Shown: positions 27,197-36,584 of the stretch, piece by piece
Position numbering within the stretch: position 1 is the stretch's first letter
How the letters are laid out: the number at the start of each line of letters is the position of its first letter
DNA from: a virus
Lineage: Duplodnaviria; Caudoviricetes
Virus record (IMG/VR): IMGVR_UViG_3300011438_000011
Location: 1-63,007 of that record
Length of the DNA: 63,007 nt
Strand: one strand, 5' to 3'
Notes under the pieces: generated by a model
The model's input: the letters and a program-made list of their open reading frames with translations, nothing else
Told to the model about the DNA's origin: nothing
The model's database searches: none
Position numbers and translations under genes: made by a program

Positions 27197-28458
27197 CCGA
27201 GCAGCCATCAGACCAACAGCCCCCTGTGTCGACCGCCGAGATCCCGCCGGAGGCCGCAGACGCCAAGCCAGCACGCAAAACGCGGCGCTCGTCCGCCTTG
27301 ACCGTGGTCACCACGTCCGAGGTGCAGACCTTCCGCGACTGCCCCCAGAAGCATGACTTCGCCTACCGGCAGCGGTTGCGCCCCAAGGTTACCGGCAAGG
27401 CCCTCGCCATCGGCGACATCTTCCACCGCGGGATGAGCGCTGGGCTCCTTGCTGGGTGGAAAGGGGTTGACGGGCTCACGGCGGACCAGAGGCTGGCTCG
27501 CCAGCATGCCGCGTCGACGGCCGACGTAGACGCCCGGGTGTTCGCCTGGATCCAGGAGGTCGTGGAACACGATCCCAATGCGGACTACGCGGGATTGCAG
27601 GCGTTCGCCGACGACGCCGGGGCGATGATCAAGTTCATGCTCGCGAACTACTTCGAGCTCTCGCGGCGCGACCTGGTGTCGCTCATCCTGGTGGAGGCCG
27701 AGCGCCCGTTCGCGGTTCGGGTGCGCGACGCGATCGGGCGCAAGACCCGGGTCGAGTTCCGTGGCGTGCGCGACGCGGTGTTCTACGATCCGACGTACAA
27801 CGCCCTCGAGCTGCACGAGCACAAGACGGTGAGCAACATGCCGGACGACATCGGCAAGCGGGCCGAGATGGACCCCCAGACGTCCGGCTACGTGTACTCC
27901 CTTATCGAGGAGCGCGCGGCCGGGTTGCTGCGGTTCCTGGACGGCACCCCGGTTCCGTCCAACGCCATCCTCGGGCGGATCGCCTACAACGCGGTCCGCA
28001 AGAAGCGGCCGTCGACGCCGAAGGTCAACAAGGACGGCTCGGTGTCGGTGGCGGCGATCGACACCACGGCCGAGATCTACATGGCGGCGCTCGACGAGCA
28101 GCAGCATGCACGGAAAATCCCAGTGACCGAGAAGCAACTCGAGGTCATGCGGGGGCTCGCCGCGCGCGTCAACCCGTACTTCGGTCGGCACGAATACCAG
28201 AAAACCAGAGCCGAGATCGACCGGTGGCGCAACGACACCATGGTTGACGCGGCCCGGATTCGACTGGCCGACAACAACCCGGCAACCCGAACTCGCAATC
28301 CGGGCAACTGCAACATGCCCTGGTCCATGGCGTGCTCGTATCGCACCGTGTGCCTGGACGACACCCCCGAGACCAGGGCATCATTCCGCGTTCTCGATCA
28401 CGCACACCCGGAAGTCCGCGAGGCCGAGGAGGCCATCGCGACTGTCACCACCACCTGA
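27193..28458 (+). CDS. PD-(D/E)XK exonuclease (RecB/Cas4-like, probable Fe-S)
   Basis: SEVQTFRDCP, GDIFH, RGVRD...EHKT, Q...Y; C-terminal C-x7-C-x5-C. Confidence 0.85.
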   Translation: MTEQPSDQQPPVSTAEIPPEAADAKPARKTRRSSALTVVTTSEVQTFRDCPQKHDFAYRQRLRPKVTGKALAIGDIFHRGMSAGLLAGWKGVDGLTADQRLARQHAASTADVDARVFAWIQEVVEHDPNADYAGLQAFADDAGAMIKFMLANYFELSRRDLVSLILVEAERPFAVRVRDAIGRKTRVEFRGVRDAVFYDPTYNALELHEHKTVSNMPDDIGKRAEMDPQTSGYVYSLIEERAAGLLRFLDGTPVPSNAILGRIAYNAVRKKRPSTPKVNKDGSVSVAAIDTTAEIYMAALDEQQHARKIPVTEKQLEVMRGLAARVNPYFGRHEYQKTRAEIDRWRNDTMVDAARIRLADNNPATRTRNPGNCNMPWSMACSYRTVCLDDTPETRASFRVLDHAHPEVREAEEAIATVTTT

Positions 28459-28493
28459 TACAACCGACCACCGACGAAAGGACCGACCGAACC

Positions 28494-29009
28494 ATGGGGA
28501 TCAAAGCACGAGCGCTCGAGGCTGTGGCGGAAGCTGTGGCGACAGGTGACCAGGACGCGATAGAGAGCGCCCGCGCCCTCATGGACGACTTCACGAAGTG
28601 GTCAACCACCCGCGAGTACGCCGCCAAGGAACGCAAGCGGTGCAACGAGAACGTCCAGGCCAAGCTCGCCGCGCTCAAGGAGGCGATGGAGGTCGGCCAC
28701 AACAGCGAGTCCCAGCAGCTCGTCAAGCTGACGGTCGTGGAGGAGCGCTGGCAAGATCTCGAGGAGTCTCGGGTCGAGCGCAAGGAGCTCATGTCCTCGT
28801 GCCGCGACCAGGTGAAGCTGTGCGAGACCCGGATCCGCGATCGCATCGCGGCCCTCACGTCGCCGCAGCTCGGGCTGTTCACCGCGTCGACGTCGACGAT
28901 CGACAACCCACCCGACCCCGAGGACGATGATGACGGAGACGACGGAGACGACAAGGAGGATGGAACCGGAACCGACCACAACAACGACCCCAACGACATC
29001 CCGGACTGA
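28494..29009 (+). CDS. Coiled-coil hypothetical protein with acidic tail
   Basis: AAAGGA RBS; QLGLF motif before Asp-rich tail. Confidence 0.7.
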   Translation: MGIKARALEAVAEAVATGDQDAIESARALMDDFTKWSTTREYAAKERKRCNENVQAKLAALKEAMEVGHNSESQQLVKLTVVEERWQDLEESRVERKELMSSCRDQVKLCETRIRDRIAALTSPQLGLFTASTSTIDNPPDPEDDDDGDDGDDKEDGTGTDHNNDPNDIPD

Positions 29010-29082
29010 CCACAAGCCCGCCGTGCCGGGCGCAACAACCTACCTACCAAGCCGGCCTTGTCCGGCGGAACGATCGGACGAC

Positions 29083-30138
29083 ATGAAGCCTGTGAATTTT
29101 GAAGACAATAGCGCCGTGTGGCTCAAGGCATTGATCTACGGCGAACCCGGATCGGGCAAGACCAACTTCGGGGTCTCGGCGCCAAACCCGCTCATCCTCC
29201 TCTCGGAGCGCCAGGCGGTCGCCAACGTGCGCGACGCGGCGAAGCGGATGGGGCGGCCACGTCCCAGCACCCTCGTGATGGAAACCCTCGACGACTACCG
29301 CCACGTGCTCAAGGCGTTGCATGGGGACCAGGCCAAGCCGTTCGTGGTGCTCGACAACGACGGCACCAAGGTGCTCGAGCTCGACGCGTGGCCGGACACC
29401 ATCGTGCTCGACTCCATCACGGACATCGCCGACATGGTCTCCAAGGAGATCCGCGAGCAGTCGCCCCAGAAGACCGGCAAGGACGGGTTGCCCGTCGACA
29501 GCGAGCGCTACTGGAACGTGCTCGCCGACCGCACGGCGAAGCTCGTGCGCGCGTTCCGCGACGTCCCGCGGCACGTGCTGTTCTTGGCCCTCCTCGCCGA
29601 CAAAGAGATCGGCGAAGGCGATGAGAAGTCCCGGTGGATCGGGCCCCAGATGCCGATGAAGGCGCTCCCCAACGTCCTCATGGCTGCCGTCAACGTCGTG
29701 GGGATCACGTACCGCCGTCGCTCGGTGACGGCGGACCCCAAGACGAAGCAGCGTCCGATGGTGTACGGGATCGCGACCACGGGGCCCGACCACATGAAGG
29801 TGAAGCCCTACCCGCCCCTCCGCGACTCGGAGGTCACTGACTTCTCGTCGTGGGTGAAGCGGATCAACGGCGTCGACGATGGCTCGGTTGCGCCGATCCC
29901 GATGGATCTGTCGGGGCAAGCCGCCGACGACAAGACCGAACCCACGGCCAAGCCCGACGACACGGCCAAGCCCGACGACGCGGCCAAGCCCGAGGCCGCG
30001 AAACCAGAGACCACTGAGGCCGAGAAGGCCGCCAACACGGCGCAGCTCAACTCGGCAGGCGCGCAGGCCGCGATGGTCGCCGAGCCGCCCCCCAAGCCCG
30101 CCAAGACCCCGAAGACCAAGACCGACGCAACCGCGTAA
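29083..30138 (+). CDS. Sak4-like/AAA_24 ATPase (single-strand annealing protein)
   Basis: ALIYGEPGSGKT; TIVLDSIT; between exonuclease and SSB. Confidence 0.8.
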   Translation: MKPVNFEDNSAVWLKALIYGEPGSGKTNFGVSAPNPLILLSERQAVANVRDAAKRMGRPRPSTLVMETLDDYRHVLKALHGDQAKPFVVLDNDGTKVLELDAWPDTIVLDSITDIADMVSKEIREQSPQKTGKDGLPVDSERYWNVLADRTAKLVRAFRDVPRHVLFLALLADKEIGEGDEKSRWIGPQMPMKALPNVLMAAVNVVGITYRRRSVTADPKTKQRPMVYGIATTGPDHMKVKPYPPLRDSEVTDFSSWVKRINGVDDGSVAPIPMDLSGQAADDKTEPTAKPDDTAKPDDAAKPEAAKPETTEAEKAANTAQLNSAGAQAAMVAEPPPKPAKTPKTKTDATA

Positions 30139-30171
30139 CGCTCAACCGCTCAACCGCACGGAGATCATCCA

Positions 30172-30711
30172 ATGGCAACCTTCGATCCGAGCCAGCACAA
30201 GACGGCCCCCGATTCAGACTCCGGGGTTCCCGCCGGTGACTACCTGCTCATCATCAAGTCGTTCTCGCGCAAGTCCGGCAAGTCGTCCGGCAAGCCGTAC
30301 CTGCGCACCCTGTTCAAGGTCATCCACGGCCCGGCCAAGGGGAAGACGTTCTTCGACTCGTTGTCGCTCGACCTCGGCAACTCCGGGGCGATGTTCCGGC
30401 TCTCGATGCTCGCCGAGCAATGTGGGGCCGGCGCGTTCGACCTTGATCGCGACAGCGAGATCCGTGACGCCCTGGCCAATAAGCCGTTCAAGGCGCGGGT
30501 GTCGCGCGAGGTCAACGGCCAGTACATCAACAACGGGATCGCCCGGTACCTCGGCAAAGAGATCACCGACTTCGAGCGCCGCGTGATGGACACGTGGCTT
30601 GTCGACTACGCCGAGAACCAGCAGTTCGGCGGTGGCGGTGATGGCGTCGACGGCGAGGGCCTGCCCGATGGCGACGTCCCGCCACCGAGCGACGACGACA
30701 TCCCGTTCTGA
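30172..30711 (+). CDS. Single-stranded DNA-binding protein (DUF669-like)
   Basis: VPAGDY...KSSGKPYL; C-terminal DDDIPF tail. Confidence 0.85.
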   Translation: MATFDPSQHKTAPDSDSGVPAGDYLLIIKSFSRKSGKSSGKPYLRTLFKVIHGPAKGKTFFDSLSLDLGNSGAMFRLSMLAEQCGAGAFDLDRDSEIRDALANKPFKARVSREVNGQYINNGIARYLGKEITDFERRVMDTWLVDYAENQQFGGGGDGVDGEGLPDGDVPPPSDDDIPF

Positions 30712-30715
30712 GACG

Positions 30716-30749
30716 GCTGGCGTGGGGTTCGACTCCCCATGCCAGCGCC
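30716..30749 (+). ncRNA. tRNA acceptor-T minihelix element
   Basis: 12-bp stem GCTGGCGTGGGG/CCCCATGCCAGC closed by T-loop TTCGACT, followed by GCC. Confidence 0.68.
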
Positions 30750-30863
30750 GGCCTCAAACCGGGCCAAGGTCATAGACCAGGTTCGCGACCGCGCAGTAGT
30801 GGGCGGACGTGAACGCCGACGATAACCAGGCGTGACAGCCCGGAGAGACGGGTTCCACTTTTT
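30750..30863 (+). ncRNA. Candidate structured RNA downstream of the minihelix
   Basis: Hairpins GGTC/GACC, GGCG/CGCC, GCCCG-GAGAGA-CGGGT, then a T-run. Confidence 0.4.
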
Positions 30864-30872
30864 CGGGGTGAC

Positions 30873-31472
30873 ATGGCGACCGACCAGCAACAGATCATCG
30901 GCGAGCTCGCGCGGGCGATCGGGTGCGTAGCCTCGGGCAACGCAGCCGAGGCCCACGACATCATCCGGGCCCTGGCGCGCGGGCTCGACGCCCAGCGGTC
31001 CTTGCCGGGGATCGCGCCACCGCCGGTCAAGCTGGACCTGGACCAAGGCCGCAAGGTCACGGCGATGGAGCTGTTTCGGTACTGGCAGCGAGAATGCGGC
31101 CACCCGACGGCCAAGCCGACCTCGGAGCGGCTCACCAAGCTCATGGCGCGGCTTCGCGAGGGGTACAGCGCCGGTGAGATCCGCAAGGCGATCGACGGCG
31201 CCAAGCACGGTGCATTCGAGACCGACGGCAAGCGCTACGACGACATCGAGCTCGTGTGCCGCAACGGGACGAAGCTCGAGGACTTCATCCAGCGGGGGGA
31301 GAAGACCACCGGCGCGATCATCGTGGAGGAGGTCTCGACCGGAGGGATCGAGGAGCAGATCTCGGCGCTCCGGCGGACGATGGCGCAGCTCAAGCGTGAC
31401 GGCCGGACAACCGAGTACGACGCGCACGCCCGCGACCTACAAGCACTCATGGCAAAGCGAGGTGACCAATGA
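30873..31472 (+). CDS. Putative replication-initiator-like protein (phage Rep C-terminal domain)
   Basis: ELFRYW...RLTKLMARLREGYSAGEIRKAIDG pattern; follows SSB. Confidence 0.5.
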   Translation: MATDQQQIIGELARAIGCVASGNAAEAHDIIRALARGLDAQRSLPGIAPPPVKLDLDQGRKVTAMELFRYWQRECGHPTAKPTSERLTKLMARLREGYSAGEIRKAIDGAKHGAFETDGKRYDDIELVCRNGTKLEDFIQRGEKTTGAIIVEEVSTGGIEEQISALRRTMAQLKRDGRTTEYDAHARDLQALMAKRGDQ

Positions 31473-32158
31473 CCGACACCGACGACACCGACGACACGCC
31501 CAACGTCCGAGACGACAACGCGGTGCACCCGATGGAGAACGTCGCGGCTGCCGCCCGGCTGGTTGGCGCGGAGTTCTACCGGGCGTTCAAGAACGCCAAC
31601 AGCGGCGACCCCGTCCAAGAGGTTCGCGGCCTCATCGAGATGCAGGTCGTGACCATCCGGGATGGCGAATGGCCCGGCCGAGCCGGCTACCAGCACGTCC
31701 CCGTGCACGTCCCCGATGACGAGGCCGGGATGCGGCGCCTCTCGGTGTCGAAGGTCCCGGCCGACGCGGGGATCAAGGCGGACCTCTACGCCTGGTCCCG
31801 GGCGAACCGCGACCACCGCGACAAGGCCGCCAAAGCGATCGAGGTCGCGGTGGTCTCATGGCGACGGGCCGACGCGATCCTGGCCGACGAGAACTGCACC
31901 GACGAGGAGCTCGGCGAGTGGTGCACCGAGATCGTCAATCACATCATGCAGGAGTGGAAGGTCAACATCCGAGTAGCCCCCGAGGCCACCGACGAGCTAC
32001 TCTTGTGGTGCGCCGAGGCGGCTGGGCGGTTCGACGTGACGCCCCGGTGGCTCACCGGCGAAGAGAAGAACACGATGTTCGAGCCGACATCCCACCGAGA
32101 GCCGGCAAAGGCCAAGAACCCGATGCGGCCCTTCAAGGCGAACATCCCCGATGACTAG
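31469..32158 (+). CDS. Hypothetical protein
   Basis: ATGA overlap; GAGGTG RBS. Confidence 0.7.
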   Translation: MTDTDDTDDTPNVRDDNAVHPMENVAAAARLVGAEFYRAFKNANSGDPVQEVRGLIEMQVVTIRDGEWPGRAGYQHVPVHVPDDEAGMRRLSVSKVPADAGIKADLYAWSRANRDHRDKAAKAIEVAVVSWRRADAILADENCTDEELGEWCTEIVNHIMQEWKVNIRVAPEATDELLLWCAEAAGRFDVTPRWLTGEEKNTMFEPTSHREPAKAKNPMRPFKANIPDD

Positions 32159-32741
32159 GCGCGCGAACGACTTCTATCCGACCGGTGGCGGTGCCAAGCC
32201 GATCATCGGCGGCAAGCCGACGCCCGTGTGGGCGGCCCGCGCGCTGTACCGTCGCCTCGAGCTCATCCACGACGTGGCCGAGCCGTGCGTGGGGACCGGT
32301 GACCTGATCGCCGGCCGCGAAGACGTCGCGTGGACCAACGACGTCGACGAGAGCCGCGCGGCAACCTACCACCTCAACGCGGCAACGCCGGCCGCCTGGG
32401 GGGTGTTCCCGCGCGTCCCGTGGGTGGTCACCAACCCGCCGTTCAACCTAGCGCATCAGATCCTCACGTGCGCGCTCGACTTCGCGACCGAGGGCGTCGC
32501 GTTCTTGCTCCGGCTCTCGTTCCTCGAGCCCACCGAGCAGCGCGCGCATCTTCTATCTCGCCGTCCACCAACCCGGCAGATCGTGCTGCCGAGGATCTCG
32601 TTCACCGGCGACGGCAAGACCGATTCCGTGACCTGCGCCTGGCTCGTGTGGAGCAAGCTCGTCGAGCCCGGGATCGAGGTTGCGAGTCCGCTTGAGCGCA
32701 GCGTTGGAACGCGGGAACAAAGGAAGCTCCCATGGGAATGA
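32151..32741 (+). CDS. DNA amino-methyltransferase (N6-A/N4-C)
   Basis: DFYPT, EPCVGTG (SAM binding), VVTNPPF (catalytic motif IV). Confidence 0.88.
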   Translation: MTRRANDFYPTGGGAKPIIGGKPTPVWAARALYRRLELIHDVAEPCVGTGDLIAGREDVAWTNDVDESRAATYHLNAATPAAWGVFPRVPWVVTNPPFNLAHQILTCALDFATEGVAFLLRLSFLEPTEQRAHLLSRRPPTRQIVLPRISFTGDGKTDSVTCAWLVWSKLVEPGIEVASPLERSVGTREQRKLPWE

Positions 32742-32998
32742 TGTACACCGCACATGCGGTCCTGGTCCTGGACGTCACGAAGACGCCCGCCGTCGTCTGC
32801 GGGGCCGACATCTTCAGCGAACCGACGCCAACGGTGGATCGCCCCGTTCGGTGCGCGCTGCTGTTCTCGGTGTCGGCCGACACCACCGATCGTGCGATGG
32901 CGATCGCGTCGACGTCTCTCGGCAGCCCGGCCTACGACTGGATCGGCGAGGTCGTCACGTCCCGCGGTCAGGTGTCGCGCGTAGCGAGGGCGCCGTGA
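32738..32998 (+). CDS. Hypothetical protein
   Basis: Fills the gap between overlapping neighbours. Confidence 0.5.
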   Translation: MMYTAHAVLVLDVTKTPAVVCGADIFSEPTPTVDRPVRCALLFSVSADTTDRAMAIASTSLGSPAYDWIGEVVTSRGQVSRVARAP

Positions 32999-33615
32999 AG
33001 GCCGGAGCTGGCCCGATCGTGCGGCCGTTCCGCAAGGGTGATCGCGAGAACGTCGCGCAGCTGGTCGCCCGGGACGACATGGTTCTCGTGGTCGATCCGG
33101 GCTCGCGCGGGCTCGCGTGCCTGTTTCCGGCCGTGCCGACCTGGGAGGGCAAGCCGCCCGCGCCGATCGCGGTGTTCCCGTTCCGCGCGTTCGCGGGCCT
33201 CGCGGAGCTGCGGGCGGCGATCGCGCTCGTGCCGCGGCGGTTCCTCGTCGTGATCGAGGAGTCGTTCGCCGGAGGTCGCGGCAACGCGGCCACCGACATC
33301 GCCCTGGCGAGGTACGCTGGGGGCGTGATCGGCGCGTTGTCGGCGATCACCAAGGCCACCGGGTTCGACGTCGTCTTCGTGCTCCCAGGGGCCTGGTTGT
33401 CCGCGATCACCGGCAAGACCGGGCGCGGGACCGGGCGCGACGAGCGCAAGGCGATCGCCAAGGCGCACGCCGAGAAGCACCTGGGCGCCGCGGCCGTCGC
33501 GAGCGCGTCCGAGCTCGCACCGCATCGCGAGGCGTTCTGCGACGTGTACGGGATCGCCACATGGTGGGGGGCGTTCGCGCGGCAAGCGCGGCCGGACCTC
33601 TATGGTACAAGGTAG
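32995..33615 (+). CDS. RuvC-like Holliday junction resolvase
   Basis: VVDPG, VVIEE, W...K, EAFCD acidic-residue pattern. Confidence 0.7.
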   Translation: MKAGAGPIVRPFRKGDRENVAQLVARDDMVLVVDPGSRGLACLFPAVPTWEGKPPAPIAVFPFRAFAGLAELRAAIALVPRRFLVVIEESFAGGRGNAATDIALARYAGGVIGALSAITKATGFDVVFVLPGAWLSAITGKTGRGTGRDERKAIAKAHAEKHLGAAAVASASELAPHREAFCDVYGIATWWGAFARQARPDLYGTR

Positions 33616-33618
33616 GTC

Positions 33619-33927
33619 ATGGCCGACGACGCCGACGGACTCGACGCCACCGCGTGGCGGTGGCTGCGCGGACTGTACCTCCGGCTCTTGTGTCCATCCG
33701 TGGTCTCGCTCGAAGCCATGACCGAGCCCGAGCGCAACCTCCTCCTCGAGCCGCATCACCGGGCCATGGAGGAAGATCTCCGGGTGGTGATGACCATGGT
33801 GGATCGCGGCAAGTACGAGGCGCTCGGGGAATGGCGAGAGCGGATCCACCGAACCGAGGGCACCGACCACGAGATGCTTGATCAAGCGCTCGACTTCGCG
33901 ATGAGCGCCGACCCCGACCCAGAGTGA
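33619..33927 (+). CDS. Hypothetical protein
   Basis: RBS AGGTAGG; codon pattern. Confidence 0.6.
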   Translation: MADDADGLDATAWRWLRGLYLRLLCPSVVSLEAMTEPERNLLLEPHHRAMEEDLRVVMTMVDRGKYEALGEWRERIHRTEGTDHEMLDQALDFAMSADPDPE

Positions 33928-33937
33928 AAGGACGCCA

Positions 33938-34147
33938 ATGGACGCCACCGACTCGATGCCACGGATTCCAGGACTGAGAGACAAGATCGCGACCCTCGAG
34001 CGGCGGCTCGCACACCTCGACAAGCGAGTCAACGACCCAGGCCGCCGCGGAGCCTCGCGCGACTTCGACCGAGCCGAGGCATCGGCCGTGCGTGCCGGGA
34101 TCGAGTGCATGCGGTACGTCGGCGATCACCGCGACGGTGGCGCATGA
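33938..34147 (+). CDS. Hypothetical protein
   Basis: AAAGGA RBS. Confidence 0.6.
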   Translation: MDATDSMPRIPGLRDKIATLERRLAHLDKRVNDPGRRGASRDFDRAEASAVRAGIECMRYVGDHRDGGA

Positions 34148-34728
34148 GCTTCGTGATGCGCCGGCCGTTCGCGATCGCGATGCGTGCAGCCGAGGCGGTC
34201 GCCGGGATGCTCCGCGACGGCTGCACGAGGATCGAGATCGCCGGGTCGATCCGACGGGGCGCCCCCGATGTCAAGGACATCGAGATCGTGTGCGTGGCCA
34301 AGCACCAGCCCGACCTGTTCGGCGGGATTGGGTTCGACCTCCTCAACGAGACCGTGCGACTTCGAGTTCGAGAACACCGACTCCAATGGCGAAAGTCCAA
34401 GGGCGGGTTCGGCGCGCCCGAGCCCAGCGACTTGTCCGATCGGCGGTACTACGCCCTCGGAACCGTCGAGCCAGAGCCGTGGGCGATCGACTTGTTCTGC
34501 GTCCGGCCACCGGCGCAGTGGGGTGCGATCTTCGCGATCCGAACCGGGCCCGCCGAGTACGCCCAAAAGCTCGTCACCGCGGCGCATGCGCGGATGTTGA
34601 AGTGCGAGGGCGGGCGGCTCGTCTCCCTCGCCGTCGCGACGAACGGCCAGGAGCTCGCGACCCCAGACGAACGGGACTTCATCCTTGCGTGCGGGATGCA
34701 GTTCGTACCACCGAACGAGAGGCGCTGA
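34144..34728 (+). CDS. Minimal family X DNA polymerase-like nucleotidyltransferase
   Basis: IAGSIRRG...DIEIV, IDLF, WGAIFAIRTGP motifs; 194 aa. Confidence 0.85.
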   Translation: MSFVMRRPFAIAMRAAEAVAGMLRDGCTRIEIAGSIRRGAPDVKDIEIVCVAKHQPDLFGGIGFDLLNETVRLRVREHRLQWRKSKGGFGAPEPSDLSDRRYYALGTVEPEPWAIDLFCVRPPAQWGAIFAIRTGPAEYAQKLVTAAHARMLKCEGGRLVSLAVATNGQELATPDERDFILACGMQFVPPNERR

Positions 34729-34743
34729 AAATTCAGCAGGTTA

Positions 34744-34806
34744 CAAAACGTACACACAACGGGTTGACATCTGAGATGGTCGGGCGTACAACGAACACAC
34801 AACGGG
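34744..34806 (+). promoter_or_regulatory. Promoter flanked by two operator motifs
   Basis: CAAAACGTACACACAACGGG, then TTGACA-17-TACAAC overlapping TACAACGAACACACAACGGG. Confidence 0.8.
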
Positions 34807-34839
34807 AAACGCACCGACCGACCGGGAAAGACCGACCCC

Positions 34840-35025
34840 GTGACTCGACCGTCGAAAACCGCCAGACTTAGCCAGCGTATCGACCCAGCACTCAAGCGTA
34901 AAATTGCCGACGAGGCCGAACGCCGGCACCTCGACGAAACCGCCATCGTCACCATCGCGCTCAACGAGTACTTCGCTCGCCAGGCCATCACCCCCGACCA
35001 ACCGATCCCCGACAAGCTCACGTAG
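34840..35025 (+). CDS. Ribbon-helix-helix (Arc/CopG-like) regulator
   Basis: RLSQRIDPALKRKIADEAERRHLDETAIVTIALNEYF; 61 aa. Confidence 0.8.
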   Translation: MTRPSKTARLSQRIDPALKRKIADEAERRHLDETAIVTIALNEYFARQAITPDQPIPDKLT

Positions 35026-35058
35026 TCGCCGGGCCACGCCCGGCAGAAAGCACCGACC

Positions 35059-36072
35059 ATGTCCAGCAAGAAAGCGTTCGATACCAACTACACCTCGGCC
35101 CCCGTCTTCTTCCCGGAGGATCTGTGCATCATCGGCGGTGCCATCCTCCCGGCTGGTGAGCGAGGACCGCTCGACACCGCCCACAAAAAGGGTGAGCACG
35201 ACCTGTGGGACGAGCGCTTGCTCAAGGCGATTACCGACGAGCAGGTGGCCAATATCGACTGCTACGGTGTGATCGAGCCGGTGGTGGTGTCCAAGGACCC
35301 GGTGACCGGTCTCCCGTGCGTCGTCGATGGTCGTGGACGTGTGCGTAGGGCCCGTCGCGCGAACCTCTTGCGCGCCAAGCGCGGTGAGCCGCGGATCTCG
35401 GTCCAGTGCGTGACCCAGCGCGCGACCGGAACCAACCTCATGGGGATCATGATCGCGGCCAACGAGGTCCGCGAGGACGATGGCCCGCTCGTCAAGCTCG
35501 AGAAGGCGAAGAGGTTCATGGAGCGCGGGGTGTCCGAGGCCGACGCGGCCGTGACGTTCGGCCTCGACCTCGAGTACTTCCGCCAGCTCCTGGCGTACGA
35601 CGACACCGCGACCCCAGACGTCAAGGCCGCGGTGTCGGCCGGCGAGATGTCGGCGACCGCCGGGATCGCGCTCGTCCAGACGGCGAAGTCCAGCGAGGCC
35701 CAGAACAAGGCGCTCGCCCACGTGCGCGAGAAGGCCAAGACCGGCGGCAAGACCACGGTCCGCGATGCGACCGACGCGGCCAAGCGCGCGACCGGCAAGA
35801 TCGCCGAAGACGGCGCGGGGCTCATCCCGTCGCGCCGCGAGCTCGCCCAGGTCTTCAAGGCGATCGGCAAGCACACCGGCGAGATCGCCAACGAGGCCCG
35901 CGTGCTGATCGACGATGAGGACGGCAAGTCCGGGTTGACCGTCGAGCAGCGCCACACCGTGGACGCGTTCTACGTCGGTGTCGAGGCCGCGTTCAAGCTG
36001 TTCTTCGGGAAGTGCGACGACGCCACCCTCCTCGGCATGCTCGCGAAGGCGCGCAAGGACCTGGCCAAGTGA
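35059..36072 (+). CDS. ParB-like protein
   Basis: GVIEPVVV...VVDGRGRVR box, ANEVRED, HTH-like region. Confidence 0.78.
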   Translation: MSSKKAFDTNYTSAPVFFPEDLCIIGGAILPAGERGPLDTAHKKGEHDLWDERLLKAITDEQVANIDCYGVIEPVVVSKDPVTGLPCVVDGRGRVRRARRANLLRAKRGEPRISVQCVTQRATGTNLMGIMIAANEVREDDGPLVKLEKAKRFMERGVSEADAAVTFGLDLEYFRQLLAYDDTATPDVKAAVSAGEMSATAGIALVQTAKSSEAQNKALAHVREKAKTGGKTTVRDATDAAKRATGKIAEDGAGLIPSRRELAQVFKAIGKHTGEIANEARVLIDDEDGKSGLTVEQRHTVDAFYVGVEAAFKLFFGKCDDATLLGMLAKARKDLAK

Positions 36073-36254
36073 ACACCAAGGGCATGCCCATGTCGGTCCG
36101 GGCGCAGATGCGCCGCGCCCAGCGCAAGTACGTTTGGGCGATGAAGACGGTGCTGCCGGGCCCTTCGCGTGTTTTGTCACGAGCCGGCGCTGTGCATGCC
36201 GACGCGGCGAAAGCGGAGCTCAAGCGTCTTCGCCGGGCGCATGAGGGCGCATGA
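36069..36254 (+). CDS. Small basic hypothetical protein
   Basis: GTGA overlap. Confidence 0.5.
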   Translation: MNTKGMPMSVRAQMRRAQRKYVWAMKTVLPGPSRVLSRAGAVHADAAKAELKRLRRAHEGA

Positions 36255-36421
36255 GCCGCACGCACCACGCGCGGCGGCCGGGTGACGATGTCGACCGGCC
36301 GGCACCAAAGACCTCGAGCAAGCGCAAGCGCGCCCTGTTCTCGTTCAAGCGCATCAACGGCGTCGAGTCATCCCGCGTGGAAGACGACGCCACGGAGCCG
36401 GCGACCGCCGGCCGGAGGTAG
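36251..36421 (+). CDS. Small hypothetical protein
   Basis: ATGA overlap; MSRTHHARR... Confidence 0.45.
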   Translation: MSRTHHARRPGDDVDRPAPKTSSKRKRALFSFKRINGVESSRVEDDATEPATAGRR

Positions 36422-36423
36422 CC

Positions 36424-36579
36424 ATGTCCAGCTCGCTGTTGCTCATCACCATCTTGCTCCTGCTGGTCTGCGGCACCCGCGCCGTGATCGCCGCGGCCAC
36501 CAAGGAGCACGTGTTCCTGTGGGCGATCGTCCCGGTGGTGTGGTGCGCGATCGTCCTCGTCGGGTGCGTGTCCAGGTGA
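36424..36579 (+). CDS. Small two-TM membrane protein
   Basis: GGAGG RBS; MSSSLLLITILLLLVCG...WAIVPVVWCAIVLVGC. Confidence 0.55.
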   Translation: MSSSLLLITILLLLVCGTRAVIAAATKEHVFLWAIVPVVWCAIVLVGCVSR

Positions 36580-36584
36580 ACCTC

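Noticed and set aside
27193-28458. Cas4/CRISPR system
   Set aside because: No repeat-spacer array or other cas genes seen; the context (Sak4-like, SSB) indicates a recombination exonuclease
29944-29997. Three 18-nt tandem repeats (ACGGCCAAGCCCGACGAC-like)
   Set aside because: In-frame low-complexity TAKPDD linker in the Sak4-like tail; not an array or iteron set
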